DNA from: Magallana gigas
Taxonomy: Eukaryota
Length of the DNA: 64,000 nt
Assembly: GCF_963853765.1 (NCBI RefSeq)
Contig: NC_088856.1
Span: forward strand, 3,348,001-3,412,000
Reading direction: 5' to 3'
The notes beneath the pieces were generated by a model. That model saw nothing but the letters and a program-made list of their open reading frames with translations. It was not told where the DNA came from and made no database searches. Numbering within the stretch: the first letter of the stretch is position 1; each line of letters opens with the position of its first letter. Shown here piece after piece: positions 36,340 through 50,100 of this stretch. Both the position numbers and the translations under genes were made by a program.

Positions 36340-39011
36340 CTACAGCCTGATGTCATCCCCCTGTTGGGAAGAGTTGTCTACCATGGCTGTTTCGTCAATG
36401 ACAGATTTTTCGTTGATGGGCCTAATGTCCGTAAATCCTCCATTTGTAAACGATGCTACAAAGGATTAGGCATACATTATTCATTTCACACCATAATTAT
36501 TTTGTTTATGAACAATACAAGCCATGCAATGTAAACAAAAATTGAATAAAAAATTTTTACTTTCTAAATTTACACTTAATAAACTTCATTGACTAACAGT
36601 AACTGATCATGCCTTTATCCCCAGTGTATATTTATCCTAGCTTATGACCATCCATGCATTATACCGGTAGGTGTCCTATAAATTTTATTGCATTTTACAA
36701 CAGAAAACATGCAGTTAGATTTTTATACAATGTGTATTTAGTCTTTGAAGCTTTCCTTTTGTGAACAACTGACAGAAGGCTACAATTAGAACAGTAGCAG
36801 AAAGCACTGTACCAATTAAATCAGTGGGTCTGTGTTCAAAACCTGACTGGTACACTTAAATGACGACATAAACTTTATTTGTACATGCAAGGACAAGTGA
36901 TCAGTTAATTAGGAGACTGAGTATCATTAAACCAGAAATATCTGACAAATTGGTTGTAACATGTAACAAGAAATTTTGAAGCAAACATGAGTGATATCTC
37001 GTGGCTCATTAATACATGTAAACAAAGTTTGATCCTGTTTAAGAAGATACAATGAACAATAAACAAAGCATGCAAGATTAGATTCAACATGAAACTCTAA
37101 AATCAGAATAATCGATGCTTGATAGAATTTCATAAAAAGCCATCAGTCATAAGCTGTGCACTCCCCCACCCCCAAAATTGGGATGTCATAGAGAGGATTC
37201 AATTCAATAAAGCTTGTTTGATTGGTGTTAACTAAGTTATGCTTTGAGTTGTCTTACTGTAACTAAAATACTGATAGAATAATTAAGTTGGCCTTACAGT
37301 TGATCAAATACTCCTCTTGTTTACAAAAATATTCCAACATATGACCTTTTACTTAAGATCACACATGTTAAATTCATTTATTTCTGGAAAGAAGTTGACA
37401 TGAAAATAGATCAAGATGAGGCACCAGGTCAAGAAAACTAACTACACACATGCAGGCTTAATTGTTGTTAGTCTTTGAGAATTAGTAATGGTTCATACCT
37501 TTTTCTAGATAACAACTTATTTTATGTCTGCAAAAAAATATATAAATATTGCACACAGGTATACAAGGAATGGGCTTGGATATCTCTTTCCCTAACTCAC
37601 TTTTCTCTTTTTTGCATGTTAACTGATAATGAGAGACACCCTCTAAAAGTTACAACTAATCAATACAAAAAATGAAAGGAAAATCTTAAAAGTGAACTTA
37701 TATATATCAAATTTTACACTTTAAAGTTAAAAAAAGTTTAATGTACAGTTAATTTCTGAATTACGATATCAATATGATTAGTTAATAAATTACAAAATTT
37801 TTGTTGCAAAATTTCTTCTCAAACCAATGAGAGACCAAGCCCTTATCAAAATGTTCTAAATAAGGAGAAAATCTTGCACTGTGAAGCAAACAAACACACT
37901 ACTAGATGAAAGCCATGGGTGTTCATAAATCATAATACAAATATATACAAAAGTTATTAAATGATTTATCTTGGTTCTTGGTTCAACATAAAAATCTAAA
38001 AATTGAAATAAAATCTAAGCTTCAATTGTAGATGCATTTTCATTGCAAAGCAAAATTCAGCAATCCCTCTTTCAAGAACCAAGAGTCACTACAATTATCC
38101 CACTGCATTAAAGTAATCCACCAATGTGTGGTACTTACATCTCTGTTTGCGATACTCTGCCTTCTGTAGCAGGTTTGCCTGTTTGGCCGCCAGAACAAAA
38201 GCTAGGACCGCCATGGCAAGGGCGTTGAAGATGAGGACAATGGCGAGGATGAAGGCCCAGCGGACCTGACACTGACCCACACGGTACTTGTCGGCGTCCT
38301 TACCACACGTCCTTTGAACCATCTCATCGTCCCATCCGTTGGGGTATATGATGCAGCCCAGGGCCATACACACACCTAAAATTATGTTATATTGACATCA
38401 ATTCATTATTCCTTATAAAAGTTTGTTTACATATTACTGACTTTTGTCAAAATGTGTTGTAATTTTAAAATCAAATCTGGGACCAGACTTGAGCTCTTTT
38501 CTGATTAATTTTTAATTTTTATTACAGGGAAGTCTTCAACCATAATTTGGCAAAATAAAAATTAAAGTTTATCATTATGTATAGATAACCCCTTACATCC
38601 GATGGCCTGTAACACTCCACAAATCTTCAGAACAGTGGCGGCTTTCAGGAAGCAGAAGAGCAGCAGGCAGACGACAGAGAAGATGAAGACGAGGTTACAG
38701 ACCCCAACTAACATGCTGGCTGCACGGAACGAGTCGTTGGTCAGGCTGGCGAAGTCCATGAAGTCCCCACGACAGCTGTACTCCCCTCCTACCTGTAGCC
38801 GCTCGCAGTACTCATACAGACCGAAAAACCCCACCCCTGGGGAGGTTTCTGTGTCCCCCAGCCACTGGGGCTGGATGAAGGCGACGGCATTCAAGATCAC
38901 AAAACAGGCCGATAATAACCCCCAGACTACGGTGACCACGCGAAGATTCCTGCGGTATGTCAGGTGGTGCATCCGTTTGTACTCAGGCAGGTGCTCTGCC
39001 TCGTGGTCCAT
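36340..39011 (-). CDS. LHFPL: LHFPL/TMHS-family tetraspan membrane protein (LHFPL3/4/5-like), about 255 aa. Exons 39011-38597, 38375-38139, 36455-36340
   Basis: YRRNLRVVTVVWGLLSACFVILNAVAFIQPQWLGD...GFFGLYEYC and GCIIYPNGWDDEMVQRTCG...YRVGQCQVRWAFILAI are family motifs. There are four TM segments and phases are consistent (768 nt). A likely 5' UTR acceptor lies at about 39152 and a possible upstream UTR exon donor at about 41429. Confidence 0.92.
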
Positions 39012-42000
39012 CGTGGATTTCTTTGATTTGAATCTCAAAACTCCCCTTTTTCTTTCTACGAAGTCCGAGCGACTTTTTGTTTGGGTGAGGTATAGTTTTC
39101 TAACCTTCGCTTCCTGGAGAGTTCTACTAACCGGTTTGACAGGTTACTTGCCTATAAATAGATTTCATTTAGTCGGCGGATCGTAAATTTCAGCTAAGTT
39201 GACATAAATTGAAAACAAATGATAAATATGCAGATGAGATCTTCAATATTTAAAAAAAAAAAACAAAAAAAAAAACTTCATACCAATCTTTATAAAAGAA
39301 ATTCAGAGATTTCAGGTATTTCATTTCACTTTATCAAAGCCTTATCGTAAAGATAAAACTGCTTCAGTATATATAATCTAAATTGTACATATATTTACAT
39401 ATCATGATATACGAGTAGATATGTATAACATGCGGAAGATGAATAATTATAACCAATCTGTTTATCTGTTTAAAATTCAAATTTTTCTTCTCTTTCATAG
39501 ATACATTTTCCTTTTAATTTGAATTGTTGAATTGGATGGAATACATGTTTATTTAGTAACATATCAGTTTCATTGGAAAAAATGGATCTATATAAATATA
39601 TTTGCTTTGAATGAAGGTTCAATATTCCATTTTTAATTTCTTTAACGCTCATACATTAAGCACAGACACTTGGGACAGCCAGGGAATACCCCCCCCCTTC
39701 CCAAATCTTTATCTATCAAGTTGAATTACATGTATTTAAAAAATACGAGGTGAACTCACATTTTCTGCTTGCTAATTTATTTATTTTTTTATACATGTTT
39801 ATAATATCATATCAATAATGTGACATTCGTCTTTTTAAGCTTGTTTTTTTTTGTAATAAAAGCCCTTTTCGACTGACTCTAAAAAAGAAGAAGAGAAAAA
39901 TGTTTTGTTTTCTATGAAATAACGTGCAATATTCACTTAGGAACCGTGTCGGTCTCAAGATTTTTTAAAAATTAAAAGGAATGTGAAATGAAGGATGTTG
40001 ATTCCATGTGTCATTTTAAGTGCCTGCGGCAAAAACACCATGCATGAGTCTGAGCCTGGTTTGATGTGGGGGGCAGGGGGGGGGGGGGGGGGCGGGGGGG
40101 GGGGTTCTATGAATGTAAGTGTAAAATTCCAGGGGTGGTGGCAGGATGGGGTCAGCACACAACCGCATCAATATAATCGTATATAATCGTATAATATTAT
40201 ACAAGTATTTAAATAGTTAAATTCATAATTAAATCAAAAAGTGGGGAGTTACAGTTAGAACCTCACTTGAAATGCAAGATAATAGTACATGTATAATGAT
40301 AAAATTATTTATACAGATATTATTATTTACAGGTAGTTACAGTTTATGCTACACACTGGAGTACATAGAATTAAACTTATAATTAATGAAATATAGTAAA
40401 CATACATATAGTAACCAAAATAGGCAAATATATGCACCAATAAACTGCAGATTGAGTTAATTCCAGGACATATGCAGAAAATGAATAAGTTTGTTGAAAA
40501 AAAAAATGGGGGGGGGGATCGACTTAAAATAACTTTTTGTTTTGGAGAGGGTTTATGTACATTGTATATGCCTTACCATCCATTTGAATTCTCAATAAAG
40601 TATGTTTAAATTAAATAAAAAATCTAAATTAAATTGTAAGTACAACAGATAAAGTCTTTATAATGGGTACATGTATATATATTTATGTAATATAAAACAA
40701 ATGTGAAAACGTTTACAGGAAAATAAACTTGGTTGGTCGTGTGATCAAATCCTGCAAGTTTAGAAGAAATATCTCAACAATATTAGCGTTATTTTCTATT
40801 TCTTGCGGGTAAGAAGGTATAATTTAAAAAACCTAACCCTCGTGAGGAGATGTTTTTAATCTTTTAAAGAAACTCAATGCTGACGTATGTATGTTACATG
40901 AATTAAGCTATATAGTATATACAACATTTGTTATAGAATTTGCATCTTCTCAAATCGAGGGTTTCTGATCCGGTCCGCTTCTTACACAATTTTTGACACG
41001 GGTAGCTGGTCAGGAACCCTTGACTTGGGAAGATGAGATCTCGTCAAATAAATTGTGTGTAAAACTCATTATCAATTTTGTTTTACATGTTACATGTACA
41101 TGTTCACTATTTTAGAGATAGGTGTCCTACGGTCAAGTTGCAGATATAGTCCATGCAACAATTGCATCAACATGACACAGTCTGGTTCGAATGGCATACC
41201 GGAAGTTTAGCAATTGGATTCAAATTCCCGACCGCTAAGGATCGGGATGCCTTGTTGATGAGTGTCCGAGTATACCAGTCATAGCCAGACGACACAGCGG
41301 TATACTGGATACGGCACACCCCTACCGAGTCTCAGCACAATCAATCACAATTATATGTTTCTCTTCAGGATACCACCTTCTACGATTAGTCACCATTTCA
41401 AATTATTGTTGTTCATTTTCTTGTTCTTACATTTGACAAAGCGGGTCTTGATTTGTATCTTCGTTCCTATGGACTAATTTCGTTCTTCCGTTATCTGACT
41501 ATACCCTATATCTGTTGTCTCGTAGCGCGCGCGAGGAAGACACGATGGATGTCTGCATTCCAAGCGAGTCGGCGTCTCCTGAACATTTCGGGGTCCACGG
41601 TACAAAGGGAACCGTCCTTGATTAGCCGTGTCCGGGTTGGCGATTAGTTTGATTACTTAATGAGAGAAGCTGTCAGGAGTTTTGATAACAAACACCTTGA
41701 AAAAGAAATCTGTTTTCGTTACTGGAACGTTTTGTCGCTGACTTGTCAACTTTTCTCAGGTTAACCATTTCTGTACCATTCATTGCAATGCTGTTTGATC
41801 ATGATGTGTTTGTAATTGTGAAGATATTTTGTAGCTTTCATACTTTCTTTCGAACACAATTTAATTTATCAAACCGATCTTACTGGAATGTGAACCTATT
41901 TCATAATATATTATGAAATAAGTTCATTCCAGTGAGACCAGTTTGATAGAGATGTATACATGTAGTGAGTACTCGCAGGTTTTCTGGTTTGTCCCAGGTT

Positions 42001-42608
42001 TTTGTTTTCGTTATCTAAATCAGGATTGATGGACACGGCATACGATGTCATTAAAGAGCTTGAACCTTATAAATTCGTAAAACAAAACAGCCGTTGATAC
42101 ACCAATTAATAAACTGCTTGCATAACTTCAGTAAAAACTTTATCATCAATAAGGGCACCCCCTGACTGCAATATCGGGGTTCTTCCTGTTTCGGATTAAC
42201 AGTGTTAAGATAACGGTCCCCCGCAAACACGGGGTCTTGGGTACCGGTTCCTCGCTGTCAACTTTCAAAGAGGCATATCGATGAAGCCTCGTACAACCCG
42301 CGCTGTATCTCTCTGTAAACATGACCACACTGTGTTTATCCTCCCAAACTGTCGCCTCCTGCGATCGGATCAAAGAACGACTCCTATTGGTGGAATCTGT
42401 CGGACTTTGATACGGACGTTTCGTCAGCTCTGTTTACTTATTACCCGTATTACCAAACCTATCATCACTGATACGGCCATTCATTCAAGAGATACCAAAC
42501 CTGTTGAACCAGTACCCGGTGAGAAAAGGGGAAAAAGAACGCTGGGATCTGAAAGCAAACTTGTTAGAATTTTGACTCTTTTCGGAACAAACAAGGAATC
42601 AGTTGATC

Positions 42609-44938
42609 ATGTTTTGGATAGTGTGCGTGTTGTGTCTGGCATTGCCCAGTTTCTCCTCGGCCTGCAGCCTCGGGATGTGGAAGGCGGACCCCGCGGACTG
42701 TGGCAAGTTCCGGATGTGTGTGCTGGGCCGGGAGACGGAGTTCAAGTGCCCGGATAAAACTGTCACCAACCAGATGATGCAAGCCTGCGTCCCCCAGGGA
42801 TCGTACATGGACACCTGTAAACATTTATTTGCAACTTGACCTATTGCTTAAATAAGTTTCCGTTAAGCGAACTGAATGGTCGTGATCTTTTTTGAAGACT
42901 CTATTGATTTCCTTTAGAAGAAGAGCCCTGTTTAAGGATGCAGGAAAATACTCAAAGTTAAAAGATAAAATAAATGGAATTCATACTAATTTATATAGTT
43001 AAAAATCATAATTAAACCTTTAAGGTACACGTAGATCTGACGGCTAATTAATTTCTTGCCCATCCAGACCCTCTTTAAAGGAATTATTTACCTTTTATAT
43101 TGTCATATTGCAAAACATACAATTTAATTTCGTAAAATACATTTAGTTATGAATTATGAATTTACTGCAATATAAAACAATTTCTTTAGATAAAACAGTA
43201 TATACATTGTATTTAGTAACGAAAAATTAATAAGCTGCAAATCAGCTCAAGGAGATTCATTGCTCGCGAACAGTAATTAAAAAAAAACGAAACATAATCA
43301 TATATTTAAACTTTGAAGGAGTTTGGTGTATTCATTTTTTAATTATTTGATTATGAGCAAATGGAAAAGTAAGTTGATAAAATATATTGTTTTCTAACAC
43401 TTTGATTTGATTCCAATTCGTTTCAATCCATTCTACGTACACATACTATTAACTGTCTGTATGGAAGAAAATTATCTTAAATCTAATATTTATGGTGGAG
43501 AATAAAATGAACCATTTTTCTTTGAGCATGCTGGATTGAGGACGCTGTATGCCGATCGACAATTTTGTAAACGCAAAACTAAAAAATCCATGTTATTCTT
43601 TAATAAAGCGAATATATAGCTCTTCACAATGGTTGAACAATTAGCAGTGGACTATTCTGTTTTGACAGAAGAATATTTTTATTCTTTCTTTTAGGTTCAA
43701 AGACTCAGAAAACGGTCACTGGAAAAACATCGCTAACCTCAAAACCAGACCCCACAAAAACGGATAAGCCGACAACCCAGAAAACGGAGAAGCCCACCAC
43801 CCCCACAATCCCGACCACCTCCACCCAGGCGCAAAAGGTCAACCCCTTCATGGAGATGTGTAAAGCCTCTCCCACGGCGGTTCTCCCTCACCCCCAGAGC
43901 TGCGCTAAACAGGTGGACTGCTCCTTGGTGATGGCGGGGATGGTGGGGGTGATGGAGTGCCCGTTCCCGACCCTGTGGAGTACGGACACCAAGCGCTGTG
44001 ATAACCCGTTCACCGTGAAGTGTGGAACACGGTGGGAGCCCAAGGACGCGTGTAAGGATAATCTTTAACATTTGCAATTAACGATAATTCGCCTTAAAAG
44101 CCTATACATGATTTTATAGGACGCGTGTAAGGATAACTTTATACAGAATTACAATTTACTATATGTATAATTCGCCCTAATAGATTACTGATCTATTTTG
44201 TAAATTGAGTGTAAGGATATATACTGTCTAACATGCAGTATTACTTTTAATTATAATTCGCCCTAATAGCCTATTATTTTATAGGATACGTGTAAGGATA
44301 CTACGTAACAGATTTACTTTACCGACTCTTTCTGTTAAAAACAGGAAATGACGATCTCACCTCTTTCAATTAGGCTATTACTACTATATGTAACTGAAAT
44401 ACATACTCAGTATTTGAAATATTTTAAACCTTCCTATTGGTTAGATTACATTTTCCCCCAAAATTGAAACAAGAGAAAGAAAAAAAAAAGAAATCTAAAT
44501 GAAATAAGTAGCAGTAAACGAGAACTTTTTAATGCAAAAAAATGTATGTTTTATTAAAAATTCATTTTTTTAATAAATCAACAATTTTTTAAAATATTTA
44601 TATCAAGTATGTACATGTAGCATAATTATGTTTTATGATCTTTGTAAATGGGTCGATCGTCTATAAAATGTTGTATTTAAAATTGTGCGGTTTTTTTTCT
44701 TCCAGGTGAGTATGAGAGCAACGCCTGCAAGCACTCCTCGCACTGCGTGCCTTGTGAGATCAGGTTCCCAAGCTGTAAGGGCCGGGCCGACGGGATCAAC
44801 GCCTGGTCGGGCCGGGAGCGGACCCCCTACTTCGTGGTCTGTGAGAACGAGCGCCTGGTCCGTCAGGGACAGTGCACGTACGACGAGGAATCGCACATCG
44901 TGTTCGATCCAATCGAACGCGCCTGTGTCCGGCTCTAA
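42609..44938 (+). CDS. Secreted chitin-binding (CBM14/peritrophin-A-type) protein with a Thr/Lys/Pro linker and a Cys-rich C-terminal module, about 265 aa. Exons 42609-42816, 43695-44051, 44706-44938
   Basis: Signal peptide MFWIVCVLCLALPSFSSA. ChtBD2-like units ADPADCGKFRMC...FKCP...C and PHPQSCAKQVDC...MECPFPTLWSTDTKRCD...C. The C-terminal module is CEYESNAC...HCVPCEIRFPSC...DGINAWSGRE.TPYFVVC...GQC. Phase-1 junctions; 798 nt. Confidence 0.85.
44042..44301 (+). repeat. Four degenerate 75-84-bp copies of the chitin-binding gene exon 2 donor region
   Basis: GGACGCGT|GTAAGGATA with GT at 44052 (real) and 44127; variants at 44211 and 44292. The first three units are each followed by ATAATTCGCC. 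Confidence 0.8.
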
Positions 44939-47123
44939 TTTTCTTTATCAACAAGAGCTGAATTACAGTGACTTTTTCTGACTAAAGAATTCAACCATTT
45001 CCCGATGTGAATGGCGGGAGAAATTAATTCAATCGCAGCACAATTAACTAATAATGGCGCCATAATTGTGTTCGAATATTAACTATATTGTGAAATATTT
45101 TGTCATATTCTTTGTTATAAATGCAAATCAAATCTATTTTTGAAAATAAATGATCATTCTGAGTTTTTTTCTACTGATCAGCTGACGTCACAATAGGATT
45201 CGGCGTACAGAGTTGACCGTCATAGCAAACTCATACATTTCTTTTGAAAATAACAAATGATCTTAAAAACATAGAATGAAATATTTGAAAAGCTAAATTG
45301 CACTTTATACAAACATTTAGATGTGACAAACATTTTCGCATCTAGTTCTATAAGGTATGAGTGTGCGTTGGAACTATTTAATCTGATTTATGTTTAGACA
45401 AGTACATTGTAAAAAAATTGAACCGTATGCATTAACTTTGGTCGTTCTGTATATTCAAATACCGATATAACTATTAAAATTATTTTGGCTTTAGCTAGTT
45501 ATCGTATACGATTACAAACTCATTAATATGTCAATAGTTGTATGGTAATTGTTTTTGCAATGAATGCATGCTTGACTGATTGAGTTTCATGAAAAGAAAA
45601 GTAGCCAAGTTTCTTCTCTTCAAAACCTTACATTAATTGCATTTGTGCATTCAAAAACATTCATTATAATTTTGATTGGATTTGCATGTTCTAATGTGTG
45701 TTAATCGGCTAGTCTGGCCAACCAGTGCATTTTCATTTTTGGTTCTCAAACGAAAGAATTAAATTGATGACGTCGGGCTAACGTCGTGATGAAAATATAG
45801 GATTTTGTGAAATCTTTTAAATCTTTAAAGTTGTTTTGCGAAAAATTGGCCGAGAACACATATTGATTTTTTTTTATGAATTGATTCAAAATTATCTCTT
45901 CTATTATTGTGTTGAGTAAAATGAAGTTCGTCTAGATCGTTTAAAAGTTTGAAGCATAGTTTTAAAATGCGGTTTTCGACTAAGATATGCATTTTACCAT
46001 ATATTTCATTGAAATGGCGTTGCATTATTTTATCAGCGACACTGTGTTTGAATCACGATAACATTATTACTATGCAGACGAATCTCAAATAATTTTTTAA
46101 AATAAAACCCTGAAACCTATGGATCACGTGGACAAATTTTCAAGGTAGGTTTTCTCACAAGCAGGTAAACCCGCAAGCTACCTTAAGTACAATTTTGATT
46201 CATTCCGACGCCCCTGCAAAGGGTTACTTAATATTGGTCAAACATCGCTTGGTCTACCAGTTGATGCCAAGTCACTTTAATGCATGCTTTGTAATGCCCA
46301 TTTATGTAGCCAAACAAATTAAATAGGAAATTCACTCAAAAATTTAGAGTTTGGATTTTGAGGTTTTAACTTTCTCAAAAAATCAGCACATCTATCTTAA
46401 TTTATAAAATTTTATTATTTATAGACATTTCATATATGATATCATAAACATGCATCATATTGATTACAACCAAACTGAATACACTAACAAAGAATAATAA
46501 ACACATCTGCGTAGATAATAACAGACCAAAATCCAAGTATCACAAACAAAACTGTCACACCGTGCTGTATCCTTCTCAAACAAATATCAATACACAATAT
46601 TACTTATATGTATATGAGATAAAATATAAAAAATACACTCTGAGTCACATTGTCAAAAATATAAAACAGATATGATATGTTTCTGCAGCAATTATCTGCT
46701 AGTTCACGTAAAGGAGAATTCAAAACAGTACACATCCTGTGTACATTCGTTTAAATAATGCAAAAAAGTAGAAGTATACACAAAGTACAAATATACATTA
46801 ATACTGAAAATTTTCTTCAATATATATACATACATATATATATATATATATTTTTTTTTATATTAGCATAAATGTTGCCTTATTCACATCTCTTATATTA
46901 AAATCTAGGGTTGTCTAGTAATCAAATAGCTGAATCACCAATCTGCATTTCTTTTGAAAATGTCCTAAGAGTTGTTCAGTAGAAAATGTCTACCAGTTGT
47001 CCATGAGAAAACGTACATCAGTTTTTCAGTTAAAAATGTTCTTGAAAAATGTACATCAGTTGTCCAGTCAAAAATATGCATCAATTTTTCAACTGAATAA
47101 ATTCATCAGCTGACCGACTGACA

Positions 47124-50100
47124 TCAATTGTCCAGAGCCTGGATCAGGTCCCTGAAGTCTGTCACAAACCATGCTGCCTTCTGTTTCACGCTGTCCCTGA
47201 TGACATTCCCTCCGTAACCAATGAAGGCATCCTGTAAAAGTACAGCTACTGATCACTGACCGATCATCCTCCTGGCTAATTATTGCAGACAACTTATTGC
47301 AAACTGTTTATAATAACATAAGTTAATGCTGACATAGAAATATGAACACTTGTTGCAAACTGACTCTTAAGGTCAGACGACACGTTCCTCGAGAATATTT
47401 TTTGTATCTCCTCGTAATAAAGAGTTCCAATAAAAAATATCAATTTTATGATTACTTTAAAAATGATCAAAATTTACTTGGATATGGTTATATATCTATA
47501 TGGTCGAGTGGTAAGAACCGTGGCCGCTCACTGCCAGAAGCGTATAAGTTCTAGAGGTCGTGAGTTCAAAGCCCCGCCCCGGCGGAGATAAAGTTCTAAA
47601 ATAATGAATTTCACTGTGATGAAGATGTATTTATTTTTATATCAGCAAATAAAGTGTATTTTCAAGATTATATAGGAAATTGCATACTCTAGTATTTTGC
47701 AGAAATGCCTAATAAGGTACCCTAATTTTTTGCAAGAAAGCTTGTCAAAGTAGTAGTAAACCATTAACAAATTCCTGGAAAAAGTTATCTAAAATTGAGG
47801 AACGTGTTGTCTGACCTTAAATAAAATGATTGAGTGCAAACACTGACATACTAGCTTGTAATATGTCTCAGATATTAAACAAGAAGCCCTGGGCCACATC
47901 GCTCACCTGAGCATTAATAGGCATGATAAAATCAGCTTAATGGAGTCATAATACTGTACAAACTATCTGGACAAAGTAGTATAATACATATAGATCCAGT
48001 ATAAATTAAAATCCATTTTTTACCTCTGTATATTTCTATGTTTACAATCAAGTCTCTTTTATGATGATTTTATAGTCTTATCACATTTTGAGCATTAGAG
48101 TTCTCAAAAAGATCCTAAACTATTGTTTATATATGGGATATTACCTACATCAAACTCTGAACCCCTTGTGAGGCCTAAGAATCGTCCATGGGCCTAAGTC
48201 TAAACAATTTTACAGAATCAAGCGATGTGTCAAAATGCTTGCATATAAGTAAACCATACATTACAACATTTCAGTTTTTGTGAATAATTAAAATGTTTTC
48301 CTTTGTAAAATTTTATCCTCAATGTGGCCCCACCCTATTCCTCAAGATTTTGATTTTAATGAATTTGAATCTACAGTATCTTAAGTTGCTTTCACTTACT
48401 AAAGTTACAGCTTTTCTAGGCAAATGGTTTTTTAGAAGATGTTTAAAAATTTTTCTCAATATATTCGTATGTAAAAATTTGCCCTCCCCCTTCTGTTGTG
48501 ACCCCATTCTACCCTTATGGATCATCATTTGAACAAACATAAATCTTCTCTACCTGAGATGCTTCCACACAAGTTTCAGTTTTCTGGCCAATTGGTTTCT
48601 GAGAAGTAGATTTTTAGAAATTTTTCTCTATACATGTATATTCCTATGTTAAAAATGACCCCCTATTTAGAACCCACCCTACCCCTGGGAATCATGATTT
48701 TCACAACTTTGAATCTACATTACCTGAGGATGCTTCCACACAAGTTTCAGCTTTCCTGGCTTATTGGTTCCGAGAAGAAGATTTAAAAAAAAAATTTCTC
48801 TAAATATTCCTATGTAAAAATTTGACCCCCTCCCTTCATTGTGGCCCCATCCTATCCCGAGGGGATCATGATTTGAACAAGCTATTTCCTTCCTCTTTGT
48901 ATCTGGAAATAGTTGCTGTCTAGGGGGACAATAACTTTCTATCGCCCTTTTTGCTACACACTGATTCAGACATGATTTCTTAGAGGACTCTGACAATTTT
49001 CAGTGTCTTCAATAGAAGAACTTACAGCAGGAGGCACGGCTTCCATGTCAGTCGCTCCATCCCCGATCATGACTAGCGTTTTGACTCCACGTTCTTTTTT
49101 TATTATTCTTGCCACAATGGCCTTACCCCCAGAGGATGATGTAGGCTGGTTCTCATCAAAGCCCGCGTAGTCTCCTAGTAACAAATCAAAAGAACAGAGA
49201 TGATCAAAACTCCTTTCACTTTGATTTTTATGCCCCAAATCTATATGATAAACTTAAATACATGTATATCCTTTCATATGTTTCAGCTTAGCTAGAAAGG
49301 ATGAGGTAGAAGAGATTTAAATATGAGTGGGGTAAACTAACCATAGAAAGAAAGCACTTTAGAGATAATGAAGACAATGAACAAAGTAGACAAACTTTTG
49401 TTAAGTGAGCAACATTACCATCAAAGTAGAACTTGATCTGGTTGGCAAACACATTTTGTGCTGGAATGTTGAGTATTTTGGCTGCTGGCAGAATGATCGA
49501 AGTGAAGCCCCCCGACACTAAAAAAACTTGCTTATTTCTTTTATGGAGCTCTGCTATCAGTTCCCTGTAAATAAAATAACCATCATAGATGACCACAAAA
49601 CTAATTACAATGGACACCTTCTATCAAATTCTCATACCTATTTTGAAGTTGGATATTTTATAAGGAATTTGAGTTAAAAACATGTCTTAGAGAACAAGTA
49701 AAGAAACAATACTAGCTCTTTCACTTAACATCTCCTAAGTTTCTTTTATCTTTTAACTTTAATCAGTCTTTTTGTTTCCTATAAAAGAAATGGCTAATTA
49801 CATTCTAGCACATGACATGCTATATATACCCACCGAATATTAGGGGAGAATTGTGGGGGATGTTGTTGAATGAATTCCTCCAGTTTTTGTCGTGAGGGTT
49901 TCACGATTTGTAACCTTGCCTCCAGGGCCTCTCTAAAAGACACTCCTCCACCCATTGCTCTTGTGGTCCTACAAATTACAAGGAATTACACAATCACGAT
50001 GTTTTTAATAGTTTGCTGGATTGCTCAGTGTGTAATACAATTATAAGTGGGACGAGGGAAAGCAGAACTAGACTTGAACCAATTTAAATCAAATACTTGT

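Noticed and set aside
38602-39186. 194-aa plus-strand ORF overlapping LHFPL exon 1
   Set aside because: It is the antisense shadow of a GC-rich coding exon and has no recognisable domain.
42146-42600. GC-richer ORF-like region upstream of the chitin-binding gene
   Set aside because: The frame that would splice (donor about 42519, acceptor about 42602) in phase with the ATG contains a stop, so this is most likely 5' UTR or promoter.
47501-47590. Possible tRNA gene
   Set aside because: A and B boxes are present but there is no coherent acceptor or anticodon stem, so it was called a SINE head instead.
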